Positions 40,757-54,800 of a stretch of 64,000 bases of DNA are shown here, in pieces (the stretch's first letter is position 1; each line of letters opens with the position of its first letter). The notes beneath the pieces are model-generated. The model searched no databases, was not told the DNA's origin, and was given only the letters and a program-made list of their open reading frames with translations. Origin of the DNA: Paraphysomonas bandaiensis (lineage: Eukaryota; Protista; Chrysophyceae); assembly GCA_965644295.1 (NCBI GenBank), contig CBFFRP010000394.1, forward strand, positions 62,001 through 126,000, read 5' to 3'. Position numbers and translations under genes: made by a program.

Positions 40757-42957
40757 ATGATCAGCATCAGATGGGCACTTGCCCTTCTCCTTCATTCTGG
40801 CATTGCTATCGAATACTGTCTTCGTGTCAACATGAGTGTTGCTGCAGTACAAATTAAACAAGAGTTAGGCTGGTCTGATCATCAGAAGGGTCTCATGTTA
40901 TCAGCATTTTATTGGGGATATACACTTGGTCAAATCCCATCTAATTTCTTAGGTATGTATATGATAATACACTCCTGTAAGGGGTAATACATACCGTTAC
41001 ATATACAGTTAAAAGATATGGACCCAAGCTAGTGTTTGGATGGTGTATACTCATCAGTAGTATATTAACTCTATTCCAACCAATGGCATGTTACTATTCA
41101 TTTGATATGGGATGGTCACTTAGGGCATTTATTGGTCTTACAGCAAGTGCTACGTTTCCGGGATGTTTTGAAATGTGGCCGAAGTGGATACATGAGTGTG
41201 AGAAGACGATTATGATCACTATTATTATGTCGGGCATGTATTTGGTAAGTACAGTATGTGTAAGTCACGGATGTATATATATAGATCTTGTATATATATA
41301 TTGCAAGTACTTGTGCTGCTAAGTATAATATCTGTAAGTCACTTATATATATGTGTGTTGTTAACAATGACAATCAGCAATATGAGTGCTCGTATGTGTG
41401 TTGGATTGATCTTGTTCGTCTGGTTTGATCTAATTGATACTGGTTCTTAGGGAGAAGTGATATGCTTTTCGTCTTCTGGATACCTGGTTACCTCGCAGTG
41501 GTTTCTATATGGCATTCCTATGGGTAGTTGGCCATCTGCTTTTTGGGTGTTTGCCGTTGCAGGGATACTCTGGTATCCACTCTGGATGGAGTTTTCTTCA
41601 GATACTCCAGATAGTCACCCATATATTTCCCGAGAAGAGCTCGTCTATATACAAGGAGGTGAGTATATCACAATGGTACGATATATTGCAGTATATCTGG
41701 TTAGGAGTATATACAGTTTTCTCTAACGTTTTACTCCATAGGGCTCAGTAAAAGTCAATCTCTGATGTGTGATAGAACTAGTGATACTACGGCGGTTAAA
41801 GCTACACGTTCGAATTCATCATATGAGGAAGAGCTGGAACTGTCCATCACTCAACAGTATTCTACAAATACACCTGCTCCACTGAGGCCATCAGAATACC
41901 AGTTGCTTGGCACCGAAGAAACTAAATCCTACACACATTCGGATAGTCTACCAGATGATTCCGATTACAATACGCCCCATTCTGAAATTTCCCGCAGAGT
42001 TCCTTGGGCGGCTTTTTTTCGCCATCCCACTGCGTGGACACTTTTTTTTGTATACTGGTGTCAAAACTGGATTGCATACACTATGTTATCTGAGTTGCCT
42101 TCTTACTTAACAGAAGTAAGTTGCTCGTTCTGTTTGTGCTGTAGTGTGTAATTAACTGTTACATATGTAGGTACTTGGCTTTGACTTGGCAAGTGCTGGC
42201 ATGCTATCAGTTGCTCCTTATGTTGCGAATTTTCTTTCTGCAGTGGGATTTGGTATGATGTTTAATAGACTACAAGCCGAAGGGTGGAGCAACAGACAAA
42301 TTCGACAGACAGCCCAGCAAATTGCATTTGTAGGTATGTTAGGCTGGGTGTATTTTGTGATTGCAGCTCCTGTGAAAAGTAAAATTTTGGGGCTACTGGT
42401 AGTCACGAAGCAGTATTTGTCTCTCTTTCAATCATGACATGTGGCGCCATATGATTGTATATTGATATAGGCGTGTTGTGATGATATTACGTAGAGCCAT
42501 TTCTCGATCAAGACGCAGTGTACACAATCTAATTGCTGCTGCTTTTGTAGGGTCATGTGCTTGCCTCGTGTTGTGTGGATTCGTGCAGTCACCTGGCGTT
42601 ACTGTTGCCCTAATGGTACTAGCAATGGCATTATTTGGTGCGTCCCAGTCTGGTGTGGCATGTGCCTTCCTGGAAGTGACCCCTATTTACTCTTCTACTC
42701 TCAATACGATAGCGAACCTATTTGGTAGTCTTGCTGGAATTGTGACACCAATGGCAGTGTCCTTTCTGACTACGCTGATGCCGAAACACAACATCGGGTG
42801 GAAAGTCATGTTTTTATTTACAACCGTGCAGAGTGTGGTGGCGCTCATTTTGTGGCATGTATACCAGACCTCTAACGTAGTACCAATATTGAATTCCCCC
42901 AGACCTAAGAAAACTGTACAGTACAAGGAATGGTTTCCCTGGTTTAGATATGAATAA
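40757..42957 (+). CDS. MFS transporter, SLC17/ACS (Na+-dependent phosphate/anion) family, multi-exon
   Basis: RVNMSVA, LSAFYWGYTLGQIP, ATFPG, KW...EK, GSWPSAFWVF, HPYISREE, VPWAAFF, ELPSYL, NLFGSLAGIVTP. Confidence 0.9.
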
Positions 42958-43245
42958 CAGGGAACAGCAAACTAGTAATCACAATAAGTTATATGAATTC
43001 TTTTCTAATCTACTTCGTGCTGGGTGTTCCAGCTTTTGAAAATCCATTCGGGATATAAAGGGTAGGGGGGGGTGAAATCCCATCCTATGACCTACTCTTT
43101 TTAGAATACTGTTTTACCAAGTAACTAATTGTACTCAATCATTAGTCTGATTAGTACTCAGACGCCTCAATGATGTAGCTAACAGCAACATATACTTACT
43201 GTAAGTTGCAGCTATATATTGGGAAAACGTGTCGACTCTAGGATA

Positions 43246-43397
43246 GTCTTATTATTGGCAATAGGCGTGTAAGAGTCAGAACTAATTTAGCATTGCAATT
43301 TAACTAATTAGTGCTTAACTCTGATATCCTACTATTTAACGCTACGAAAGCTGCTTGTGCGACACCGCAAGCACCAAGGTGCAACAACTTTTGCTCT
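43246..43397 (-). mobile_element. 3' tail-only copy of short retroposon family B
   Basis: CCTACTATTTAACGCTACGAAAGCTGCTTGTGCGACACCGCAAGCACCAAGGTGCAAC; inverted relative to 44340-44493. Confidence 0.8.
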
Positions 43398-43926
43398 AAT
43401 ATAGTGGTATGATATATATTAAGAATTATATGAGAAACAGACGTATGCAGTAAACAATACTAAAATATGTAGCACTTCATCCATGAAATTCAAGTATCGT
43501 TAAAATTTTAGTCATGGAATTAAACATCCATGTAATTTTTATTGTTAATATCACAATTATGTTTATCACAGGTAATATCAACTCTATTTGGACAATTTCA
43601 ACTACCATTAATACTAATATGCATTGGCAGGAAACAAGACTATCTTCTTTCGGTGAATTTTGATATTCGAGCAATCAGAAACAAGACCCACTCATTCTAA
43701 AAGACGTATATATGCTATTATTGTATGCACTTCATTTTTGAAAATTATGAGAGAAGTATCGACACATTTCTATGCAGTGCCTGAAGCTGTATTGCAAGCG
43801 TAGTGGTAGCTAATCTAAGATTGTAGTACTGAATTAGACGCAAAATTCAGAAACAGAATGCGATAGGCTTACACCCTTTCAATGTCATCTATGAATTGTG
43901 CGTATAATGAATACTATGAATAAAGG

Positions 43927-44493
43927 TTCCCTCAACGAAGTCGGACTTGCACCTTTTCGTGGGATAGGTGCCAGAGAGATTTCTTCACTAGCGTGAGCCG
44001 CATTTATTAAAATATTGTTATTTTTTCTTATTTTTGCTGGCAATATATTGCAATAATATATTGTTATTTCCCTCTGGTTCTGAGGTATAAGTATTGGAGA
44101 GATATTACTTCGGGAAACTAACGTGAGCCGCATATATAATCAGCAGATAATTTTCAGCCCACTCATAGCCGAAAGTGTCGCTTATGTAGACGTCTTGACA
44201 AAGAAAATCTGGGATAATGGGCGCCCTACTGAAGTCAAGCGTCCGGGCTGTTCACCTTGAGGACTCAAAAATCCTGAAGTCAGTGGATGACAGGTACATC
44301 TACATTCTGCATATATATATCAACATTTGAGTCATAGAGAAAAAGTTGTTGCACCTTGGTGCTTGCGGTGTCGTATAATCAGCTTTCGTAGCGTTAAATA
44401 GTAGGATATCAGAGTTAAGCACTAATTAGTTACCTTGCAATGCTGAATAGTTCTGACTCGTAGCGCCTACTATTGCAAGCAATAAGACGTTCA
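43927..44493 (+). mobile_element. Short retroposon family B, copy 2 (ribozyme-like head partly duplicated; best-preserved 3' tail)
   Basis: Head TCCCTCAACGAAGTCGGACTTGCACCTTTTCGTGG; ACTA(A/G)CGTGAGCCG at 43987 and 44117; tail GTTGCACCTTGGTGCTTGCGG...AATAAGACGTTCA. Confidence 0.8.
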
Positions 44494-44528
44494 CTACATT
44501 GAATTGTCAAAAATCAACTACATTAGAA

Positions 44529-44568
44529 CTACAGCTTTTAATGGCTCTCAAACAGCAAAACTCAACAG
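44529..44568 (-). mobile_element. Fragment of an LTR related to the Copia derivative
   Basis: Reverse complement TGTTGAGTTTTGCTGTTTGAGAGCCATTAAAAGCTGTA matches the LTR 5' end. Confidence 0.65.
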
Positions 44569-44885
44569 TCTACACCATCGCATATATACCAGGACTTATA
44601 AGAGATACACAATACACAAGATGTATTTATTTTTGACTCGTTGCTTTTAAACTAAACCGCTCATAGCATAAAACTGTGGTGTGTTAGTACTGGAATTTTA
44701 ATCGAATTTCGGGCCTGTTGGTTTAAGTATTCCCCCCAAGGAAGTTAATATCCATAAAAGGTCTTGTCAACAGGCGTAATGTACCTACATGAAGTAAAAG
44801 TCGCAGAGTGCGAAGTATGTAATCGCAATACATTTCCAAAAACTAAAACTACCGATTATTTATAAGAAAAATATTATACAAAATA

Positions 44886-47800
44886 CTAGCCATAAAAATC
44901 TAATCCACCAATGCCATCTTTGTATTCACCATATTGATTTTCACCTCCAGCACTTTCTCCGGGTGTTATATTTCCGGGAACCGGGGGAGTAGGTAGAAGC
45001 CAGCCTATGAGACCACCACCTTTCACTGCCCACAACTCAGTAATGGCCTTCGTTTCATCAGGTTGAAAGCGAAGAATCGAACACAGAACAGGAACCAGTT
45101 TAGCGTGTTCTGTCGCTTGTTTCGTCATAAGGAAGCTTCGAAGAATGTTTACGAGGTATTCAGTGTTAATGCGCCTATTGGATGCATTGAATTCTCTCTC
45201 TCGTCCAAGTGATGCCTCTAACTCTCGTATTGTTGTCTTGAGAACATTAATCTGGTCTTCATTGAGTGCCACAATATTCTGTAAATCATTGCGGTCTACA
45301 GTGACAGAACTAAGCTCAGCCCGAAGCTCAACAATGGTGTCGTGTAAATTTCTCGTAGTCTGAACGGCACATCACACAAATATATGAAATCGATATTGCG
45401 TACCTGAGACATTGCAACGAGTCCAGCACGCTCATTATCGTCGTTGTCATGAATGCTGTGGGGACGGTCATCGCGAGACTCATCTTGAGACTTCTCGCTA
45501 TTAGAGGTCAAAGGGGATTGATGTGAATCCTGGGTGGGTACAGACCTCTCTTCCCTGGACTCGATCGTCTTGATGTTTTTGCTGACAGGACATGCCACTG
45601 GTAACGGGCTGGCCTCTCTAGTGCTACCCTTATTCAGTGTTTCCCTTAATTGAGTGATTTCCTCTTCCAACTTCTGACGAGACATTTCCGCATTTTTCTT
45701 AACTTCGTTCGAGCGCAAGAGTTCTGATTCGTAGTCTTCCAATCGAGATTGCTGGGACTGCAGATTCGCCTGTAGAGTTTCCACCTGCTGCTTCAGCTCG
45801 CGATTGGCTTGATCCACTATAGATTTCGAAGACTCCAACGTCATTTCCCGCTGCTCACCCTCGTGTATACAATTCTCTAGGTAAGATATTCTGTCGTGTA
45901 GCTCTTTTAGCTGAGTCTCTTCCTCATTTCGGAGACGCTGTCTCTCACTGTGTTCATCCCTACCGAGGCGCTTAAGAGCAGTCTGTGCCTTTGCTTTGTA
46001 AGACTGAAATTTCTGAGATATATCGTCGATTTCTTTTTTCAGTGCTATACATTGTGCATCTGCTTCGGTTCGTTGTCTTTCTTCTCTTTTACGGTGTTCC
46101 TCCTGAATGGTATCTGGCCAATGAGTCACCGCCTGGCAAGATTTTTCTTCCTCCCATTGGCGCACGACGGTCTCCTCCACCCACCGGTAGCTCGGCATTC
46201 CTCCACTCTTGCTCCCACTTTTTCCAGCTGTACAATTTCTGTACAGCAGGCACCATAACATGCACTTCATATCTCCGTCTGAATCATTCCCGCCAGTGGA
46301 AGAAGCCTCCACACGACATATAATACGGAACGTCTTCCAGGGGGCGGCGGCCGCACTCCCTATACTCAGCATTTCCTGCTCTTTTTCTTGGGCCATGTCC
46401 CTGCTTTTTGCAAGTAGAACTTTAAGCCGCTTCACTTTCTCCGTTAGCACACCGATCTGGGCCTTACTGTCTTCTTTCTCACGTTGAAGCCTATCTTCCA
46501 TAGCCTCTATTTGTTGTTGCGTTGCCGCATCACCCCTGCCTGAAACCACATAAAATTATGCAATGAACAGAAGACAACAAGATATTAGTACCCGTGAGTT
46601 CAACGATTTCAGTCTCTAGAGCTTTGATTTTAGCCTCCATATCAACCACTTGTTTTCGCGCTACAGCAAGATTATTTTCTAATGTTTCGTGCTCAGCAAC
46701 AGTGCACCGACTGTCAACTTCGAAATCTCTCTTGAACTGATCAAACGATGCCTGAATGCTTACAACTGACTCCTTTGCAGTAGACAACTCCTCCTCCTTA
46801 GATGTCAGAGAACTTCGCAATGAATCTAATTCTTCCGTTAGGTCAGATAGCGCAGCCGTAGCCTCTGACAAATCGGACTCGAGTTCGGTTGCCCTATCTC
46901 TCGCTTGTGTAACATCTGCTTCATAAATTTTGCACTTCTCTTCCAGGTCGTTTATCATTTTCGTCATGGATTCACACTGCAAAATATGACTTGAATGTTG
47001 CTGTTCAAGCTGTACCTGTAACGAGGACAACTTCTGTTCCATATCTGTCACTTTCTCACCAGAGTCGTCGGCTGCTTTACTGCGGATAGACTCCAACTCT
47101 TCCCGCAATGATGATATTTCGGCATCTCTTGATTTCACTAAATCGTTTATATCCTTTACTTCCTTCGCAGTAGCAGCTACCACCGACTCTTTTTCTTTAA
47201 GTTCAGACTCCAACTGCGCTATACTATCCACATAATTTCCTTGCTCCTCCGTCATCTCATCCACAGTAGCCTCCAGTGAAATTATCTTCTTCTTCAGATC
47301 ATCAGATTCTGATATATAGGCGCTAGATGAATCACTTAATTTTTGTCGCAAGGTTGAGACCTCATTCTCTACCTCCTGTAGTCGTTGCCTTTGTGATTCA
47401 GACTCCATTGACTGCGACTCCAAAGCAGTGTCTAGAGACTTTTGTAGCTCCTCAACCTGTGCACGAGCCCTGCACAACTCATTCTCGGCAGCAGATCTCT
47501 CAGTTTCGAGAGTAGAGTTGGTACTAGAGAGTAGAGTAATTTGATTTTGCAAGTCTTTCTCTCTACTGGCAATCTTTTCGTTAATATCGTCGGCTGCTTT
47601 ACTGCGGATAGACTCCAACTCTTCCCGCAATGATGATATTTCGGCATCTCTTGATTTCACTAAATCGTTTATATCCTTTACTTCCTTCGCAGTAGCAGCT
47701 ACCACCGACTCTTTTTCTTTAAGTTCAGACTCCAACTGCGCTATACTATCCACATAATTTCCTTGCTCCTCCGTCATCTCATCCACAGTAGCCTCCAGTG

Positions 47801-50498
47801 AAATTATCTTCTTCTTCAGATCATCAGATTCTGATATATAGGCGCTAGATGAATCACTTAATTTTTGTCGCAAGGTTGAGACCTCATTCTCTACCTCCTG
47901 TAGTCGTTGCCTTTGTGATTCAGACTCCATTGACTGCGACTCCAAAGCAGTGTCTAGAGACTTTTGTAGCTCCTCAACCTGTGCACGAGTCCTGCACAAC
48001 TCATTCTCGGCAGCAGATTTCTCAGTTTCGAGAGTAGAGTTGGTACTTGTGAGTGCAGCAATCTCACTTTCCAAATCCTTTTCTCTCGCGATGTGCTCAT
48101 CACTTATGGACTCTCGTTCTGACTCTAGTCGAGTAATACGTGCAGACTGATCGTCAACAACACCCCTAAGATTGGCGCACTCCGTGTTCATTTTGTCTGT
48201 CAAGACGTCTATCTCTCGTTGTAAACGACTAGCTTCTTCCTCGGCATTAAGAGCGGCTTCATGCTCTCTGTTTTGAGAAGCCTCTGCCGCCGACAACTTA
48301 TCCTGTGCGTCGGTCAGCTCTATCTGCATTCCTTTCAATCTATCTCTCAGAGTATTTTCTTTCTCAATTGCCTCATTGCTCATTTGCTCTAATGCAGTAA
48401 TCTTAGAGAGAAGCTCTTCCTCTTTTCTGGACGATTCCTCCATGTACACACGAGCTCTAGCCTCCGATTCCTTCAAATTAACAGTTGCAGCTGCTAAATC
48501 TGCCTGCAATTCAGAGATGCGACTGTCTAATGCCTTGTTGTTATCTTCCGCTTTTTCCAACATGATTTTGTAGTCTGATATTTCTTTGCTCTTCGAATCC
48601 AGCTCGGACAAAGTGCGGACAGTTTCTTCCTCCTTCGCTACAAGAGTCGCCTTGAGCTGGTCCATGGGCGTTACTTCCGTAGATCCTCGAGAAGCTTGTT
48701 GCTTACTATCATTAACACCAGGAGATGACACCGCTCCACCACCACCACCTCCTTTGTTACGCTTGTTCCTCTTTTTCCCACTCTTGGAGGAAGAGGTACT
48801 TTGCGACGGTGTGGAAACGGTCGGTGACGCACATACATTTTGCTGACGAAATTCATCAATTTCGCGTTTTAATGATGCTATCTTATCCCGAGCACCAGCG
48901 AGCTCCTTCTCCAACATAACTACCTGCTCAGAAGCAGCCTCAACCTTTTCCTTTAGCTCCTCCTCTCTGCAGCTGCTCTCCTCCCGTAGTTGCTGCAAGA
49001 CTTTGTCATGTGTAACTTCCAAGTTGCCAAGCTTCTCCTTCAAGCCCGCTTCTTCTGATAGTTGTGACTCAAGGGTTTGAATCATTTCTCGTAGGTTGTT
49101 ACACTCCTTTGTAGATGCCTCCTTCTCCACAATCAGCGCCTCTAGACGAGACTGGGCAGCGGTATTGCTCTTTGTGGCCTCATCGAATTCCATCAGTTTC
49201 CTCTCGAAGGAACCTGACAAAGATTCAAGTTCTGCTTGTGTGGCCTTCACTGTATCCAGTGCGTCATCCCGTTCTGATTTTGCCGCTTGCAGAGATTTCT
49301 CCAACTGTTCACCTTTTTCTATCCATTCGTTCAGCTCAGCCCGGAGGGAATCTGACTCTGCCGATAACCGAGACATCTCATCCAGACACCTCTGCTTTTC
49401 AGATCCTTCCCGTCCCGAAGCCTCCACAAGATGTCCTTCGGCTTCCCTCAATAACCCTTCTAATTCTATTACTCGCTCCTGCAACTGGCAGCACCGCTGT
49501 GCGTCTTCTTTTTGTTGAGAGGAAGCTTCCTGTAGACGACATTCAAGTTCTTCCTTCTCCTGTTGCAAAGCAGACACCTGCCCCTCAAGCTTCTTTTTGA
49601 GCTCATCTTTGCTCCGAGTCAGCTCAGCAAAAGTCTTCTTTACACGTGCTTTGAGCTCCTGTTTTAACCCTACTTCCCTTTTGAGCTCCTCCACCTGACT
49701 CTGAAGGGAGGTGACCTCGTTGGTTAGCAAATTTCTTGTAGGGGTAGCCAGAGATGCCTCAACGGAAGGCTCAGTGCTCAGTAATGTTTTCAGTTGTCGC
49801 ACCGCTTCCAGAACACCTCCTGCAAGTAAGTCCGTGTTGTCAATAGACATAGAGTCCCGACTACAAATGCTGAGGTCACTGCTCAAGTTTGCATCTGATC
49901 CACCACGGCTGCACACGATTTCCCGTACCTCTTCTACAGCCGCTGTCTCTGCTGCCGTCATTTGCTCAACGCTTCCTCGTAGACGCTCTAACTCCTTCTC
50001 TTTCTGTTCAATTTCCTTCATTTTGCTTTTCACTATAGATTTGTACTTAACAGCTAGATCAGAAGCTTTTTTAAGCTCTTGCTCCTTTGAGCTCAAATTC
50101 TCAGCCAGTTTGGCACATTCCTGACATGGTGAAACAGAAGCAACAGTACCAGCCTGTTGAAACTCTTCTAATTGACCCCGTAATATAGCTGATGATATTT
50201 GTTCCTCTTTAAGTTTCTCTGCACAGTCAGCTAATCCATATTCCAGTGATTGGATAGTCTTATTCAGCTCTCCAATCAAATCATCTGATGGACGAGTTGT
50301 TAATATACCCCTTAATTCATGAATCTCTGCATCTCGTAGAGATAATTCATTCTCAAGAAACGATATCTGATCCTTATAGTTCTGAGGGATGCTCTGTATG
50401 GTTTCTTCTAGTTCATTATTCTTATTTTCAAGTTGTTTAATTTTTAGTTTTTGTTTCTTTACATATTCTAATAATTTTTCTTTTGTAAGTTCAGACAT
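44886..50498 (-). CDS. GRIP-domain golgin-like long coiled-coil protein (3 exons)
   Basis: More than 1700 aa of coiled coil; C-terminal GRIP INTEYLVNILRSFL...LVPVLCSILRFQPDE; introns near 46590-46540 and 45402-45360; likely start MSELTKEKLLEY at 50498. Confidence 0.88.
47065..48047 (-). repeat. Intragenic tandem duplication, period 522 bp (174 aa), in the golgin
   Basis: 47065-47525 is nearly identical to 47587-48047. Confidence 0.93.
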
Positions 50499-51615
50499 TG
50501 AAGAGAAAGTTATGGGATGATCAAAGGGGATGAGTTCATTGAAATGGTTGTGTTGGAGATGTTGAGTGATATGTGAGTTAGCTTTATTCAAAGGCAGTGA
50601 TATCATAGAGACACTAGAAAGTAATACACATTGTAGTACATACTGGAATACTGCTATGAAATATCAACGACTTTATGTTGGCATACATACATACATACAT
50701 ATATATTTGTATACTATATGCATAGGTATACGTGTGCGTATATGGGAGTATACCTCTGGGTGCGTCACTTCGAAGTGAATGTGATGTGGAGATATGCATA
50801 TATGAGTACATGATTCAGAGGCTCTGCTGCTGCCTCTACTCACAGACACGAGTGAGGACTATCAACAGTGTGTGGTCATAGTGGTGTATAGTGGTGTGTG
50901 CTCCTCATGAGGAGAAAGACTCGTATGATCATATGAATAATACCGCAGCAGATACACACACATACATACAGAACACCCACACACATATACATGCATAGAC
51001 CGCATGGAGCACCCTGAATAGCCATACAACTGAACCAGAAGCGTTCACCACTAATGCGCTCCTGAGTATGTTATTTTATACGGAGTATCTGCATTAATGG
51101 TGCTGTGGAAGCATACGTATCCGTTAGAAGACTGTGACGCTGTTGTTAGTGGAGCTGGTGGTGATCATCCATATGAGGACTGCGGTTTTGATATATTATT
51201 TATTAAGATGAAGGTGCTGTCGTAGATATGAGGAGGCTGTATGTATATTGTATAACACATATTGTTATAACTTAAAACGTATCCACTTACATACAACACA
51301 TGTACATACTAGCGTTTGATATGCATATCATTTACATATATTATTTATCAAGATTAAGGTGATGTTGCAGAGAAGAGGAGGCTGTGTATATATAAGAGGA
51401 GGCAGCAGATAAATTTATTCTAATGTATGAGCTTCTTCTCCTTTTGTGATTACCACACACACGAATAGATGGAATCGTGTAAACCACACAATATCGAGAG
51501 CTTATTTATTAGAGAGTGGTAAATATAGTGTAAGGCGATCACTATCCTTTAGAACGTGTTGTAAATACTAATATGTGTAATTTATCGGTTGTTACTATAT
51601 TACAGTTATGCATAC

Positions 51616-52104
51616 TCATCGTGGTGTAGGCAGATTAAGAGCTTCAAACTCGCGCCTAAATATACCATGAAACACCCGATATATTTGGCCACCCGTCATA
51701 ATATTCGCAAAATAGAGCATACCACAAATAAAAGCAGCATAGATAAAGTAATCAATTGCTTTGTATATATTCACACCATCATCGATATCGATGCCCTTCT
51801 TGCTATCAGCTTTCGTTTTCCTGACAGCTTCTCTTATAACATCATCACTTATCCCTAGACACTTCTGTAACTTTTGAGTTTTCTCTAAGACGCTCTCTTC
51901 AGTAATGTCATCTATCACATCTTTAACCGAAACCACTTTCTCTTCTGTATCTGTTTTTTTATTGAGGGATATTTCCTCTTTATCGAAGTCAGAACTATAG
52001 TCAAATGGTTCTCCAGGATATTTCTGCAGCACGATGAGTATTCCACCACCAAGAACTATCCCTGCAATAGATGACCACAATAGATCATCGTAATAGCCAC
52101 TCAT
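51616..52104 (-). CDS. Small hypothetical membrane protein (2 predicted TM segments)
   Basis: 162-aa ATG ORF with hydrophobic segments at both ends and an acidic middle. Confidence 0.7.
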   Translation of the reverse strand: MSGYYDDLLWSSIAGIVLGGGILIVLQKYPGEPFDYSSDFDKEEISLNKKTDTEEKVVSVKDVIDDITEESVLEKTQKLQKCLGISDDVIREAVRKTKADSKKGIDIDDGVNIYKAIDYFIYAAFICGMLYFANIMTGGQIYRVFHGIFRREFEALNLPTPR

Positions 52105-52585
52105 AGTATCTCGATAGTCGCGATATAGGTAACAGTATATAGAATCTACTCTATGATTAGTGGACTAACTACACTGTAGAGTTTCTTGAGGACAGCTATT
52201 TGCAGTAGAGTGCTGGGTGAATGTTTGTGAGGAGGTTACTCGTATAGATGATCCAGTTAATTATACTATGAGGGTTACACTGCTGTATATACCTATACAG
52301 ACTATGTATGATCCTACAGGCATTATTCAAACTGGTGCCCATATACCGCTGTATATATACGTATATTGATAGAGGAAAATCTGGTTGACTGTACCATATA
52401 CAGGTAGCTGTACATAGTATACTATACAGGTATATACAGCTGTATATGTACACAATATTCCATATGTTGGAGCTATGATATAATTCAATAGGATACACTC
52501 CATATATATAAGCTTAACCTTCAAACCAGATATCACCGACCCTCTCCAGCCCTAACAGTCGCTCAGTGGGTCGGTTTGACTTGAC

Positions 52586-54250
52586 ATGAACACCCAAACA
52601 CAGGAGAATACTAATCAGGTTAGTTATATCACACCTCATCTATACATACATATATATACATACATATATTGTCAATGATTAAGTTTCTATCCTATAGATA
52701 ACCAGTCCATTCTCTTTCAACTGCAATGGGTCTCGTATTAATGTCAGTAAGGAATGGATACTTCCTCTTCCTATAGCAGCCTCATATTCAAATGTTTCAT
52801 ATGAATTCTGTACTGAAAACGGTGATATTAATTTCAGCTTAGTATTTATTGCTATTGATGAAGAAGAAGATATACTTGTATATCCTGAACGAGTGGGTAG
52901 TGATGTCGAACCGATTCGTGGGTCATGTCAGCTGAACTCTGCTGGAACATTGGTGTTTATGTGGGATAATTCTTACTCATGGTTTACAGACAAAAGTCTC
53001 ACTTATACAGTAAAGATAGAACAAGTACGTATAAATATACTAAAGTGGTATACATATTAATGGACTGTTGTGATGACATATAGGAACCACAGCCCAATGA
53101 AGTCAGCCCTCGTATTGAGGCAAGTAAGCAACAGCTACGTGCTACCAATCATGAGCTAGCTAATTTCAAGAAACGTTTATCCGGAGTGAGCGATGTGATA
53201 AGTAGTATAAGTACTGACGAAATAACAGCACTGGAAAATATGATTTTAAAACTACGTAATCAGCTGGTGCAAAAGAAGCGCATTCTTAAGGTATCCATTG
53301 CTGAGAAGAAAAGCATCATTGCATCTATTCGAGAGTGTGAAGCGAACAGGCGAGGGCTGTATCTCAGGTAAAATACCACCTTTACTTCCTCCTGTTAGTG
53401 AATATTTTCCACTAGGACACTCAATAACTTCGAGCTGGCTATGATTTTGTCATACTTAGATCCCAGAACTGTGATGTGTGTGTGTAAGCTATGGAAGGAT
53501 TTGCTGACATGCGAACACCCTGTTACATCGGACTACGCTCCCGCCCCATTGTCTGTAGCACCAGGTGAGCGGTCTCTATAGACAAAGTTGTGGGTAATCA
53601 CATAGAACTGGTAGAGATGCCAACAGAATTGAAGGAGAGTAGAAGACAGGCTCCTCGTTCTAATTCCTCTGAGACCAAAGCCACGCCTGATAGTAAACCT
53701 GAGCACGTAATTGACACCTCGGTCGTTGAGGCACTTTCTTCTATGTCAGATGAAAAGCCCCATATCTCTGCTGATAGAGAGGTGTGACACTCGTCATTTA
53801 CAAAATTTCGTGATAACTGTTCGTAGGAAGAGGTGAAAACTGTGGAGAGTGGCAGCAACGCTGCCGCTGGTCAGCACTCTAGAAGTCGATCCTATAGGTC
53901 GGATGTCGTTCACTACGTCAAAGGCAGTCTAGACTCTCTAAAAGATATGGAGGCAGAAAAGAGCGATATAAGGAGGAAGATATCCACGTGGAAAAAACAG
54001 TTCGAAATGAGATACGGAAGACCTCCATCAGATGAAGAAAAAATCAGAAACATTCCAGAGCTGTTCCAAAGATATTCTATGGTCAGTCTACCTTGATCGA
54101 AGAAGAGTCTTCGAATATTTCTTTTTCTTAGTTTCACGATTATATATACAGATTAATAGGATATCCTGCAGAGAGGCAGAAAGGGTTATGGGCATTGCGA
54201 AGTCTATGGAAAAAATAGAAAAGATAAAGAAGCCCTTGTCTTCTAAATAG
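52586..54250 (+). CDS. GOLD domain - coiled coil - F-box-like - FAM13A/Sld2-like helical motif protein, multi-exon
   Basis: Exon 52698-53024 encodes YEFCTENGDINFS...GTLVFMWDNSYSWFTDKSLTYTV (GOLD); AMILSYLDPRTVMCVCKLWKDLL (F-box-like); KISTWKKQFEMRYGRPPSDEEK. Confidence 0.7.
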
Positions 54251-54518
54251 TGTTATGATTTCAGTTCTTAGACCAGTGCATTGAGGATGAACACGACAAC
54301 TTAGTTTGCATTGTATATTTTACTCTGATTATTTCCTGAGTATAAAATTGCTCTAATATATGTTTAGAAGTTACTTTTGTCGTATTTTATGGAATTATAT
54401 ATGACTTGTATGAATTCGGTCGATTGTAACGCTGTTACACAACGAAATTACTTTCTTCGTGTAATCTTTTTCTAATTTGTAGACATAACTACCCGAAATC
54501 TTAGAAAAAGGTGTATTT

Positions 54519-54800
54519 GAGATTCAGAACTAATTTAGTGCTTAACTCTGATATCCTATTATTTAACTCTACGAAAGTTGATTTCGCGATACCGCAAGCA
54601 CCAAGATGCAACAACTTTTGCTCTATGACTCAAATGTTGATATATGCAGAATGTTGATGTACCTGTCATCTACAGACTTCAGAATTTTTGAGTTTTCAAG
54701 ATGAACAGCCCGGATGATGCTTGACTTCATCAGGCAGGCCAATACCCTGGATGCCCGTTTATTCGTCAGGGCCCAAAGATGTCCACACAAGTGACACTTA
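54519..54800 (-). mobile_element. Short retroposon family B, 5'-truncated copy
   Basis: Reverse complement is colinear with 44190-44460 and 25400-25520. Confidence 0.8.

Noticed and set aside
39849-40767. Long ORFs of HTYI/MYVC repeats
   Set aside because: They are translations of the (TATG)n microsatellite.
44090-44340. Family B body as decayed LINE C-terminal coding sequence (VLERYYFGKLT resembling VERFWTGTIT)
   Set aside because: The similarity is short, frames are not conserved across copies, and the same bases are better explained as paired P4/J4-2/P2'. Not fully excluded.
54695-54775. Hammerhead cores CUGAUGA/CUGACGA on the minus strand in the family B body
   Set aside because: No correctly placed stem II-GAAA-stem III-NUH, and the motifs are not conserved in other copies (CTACTGAAG, CTTGACGA).
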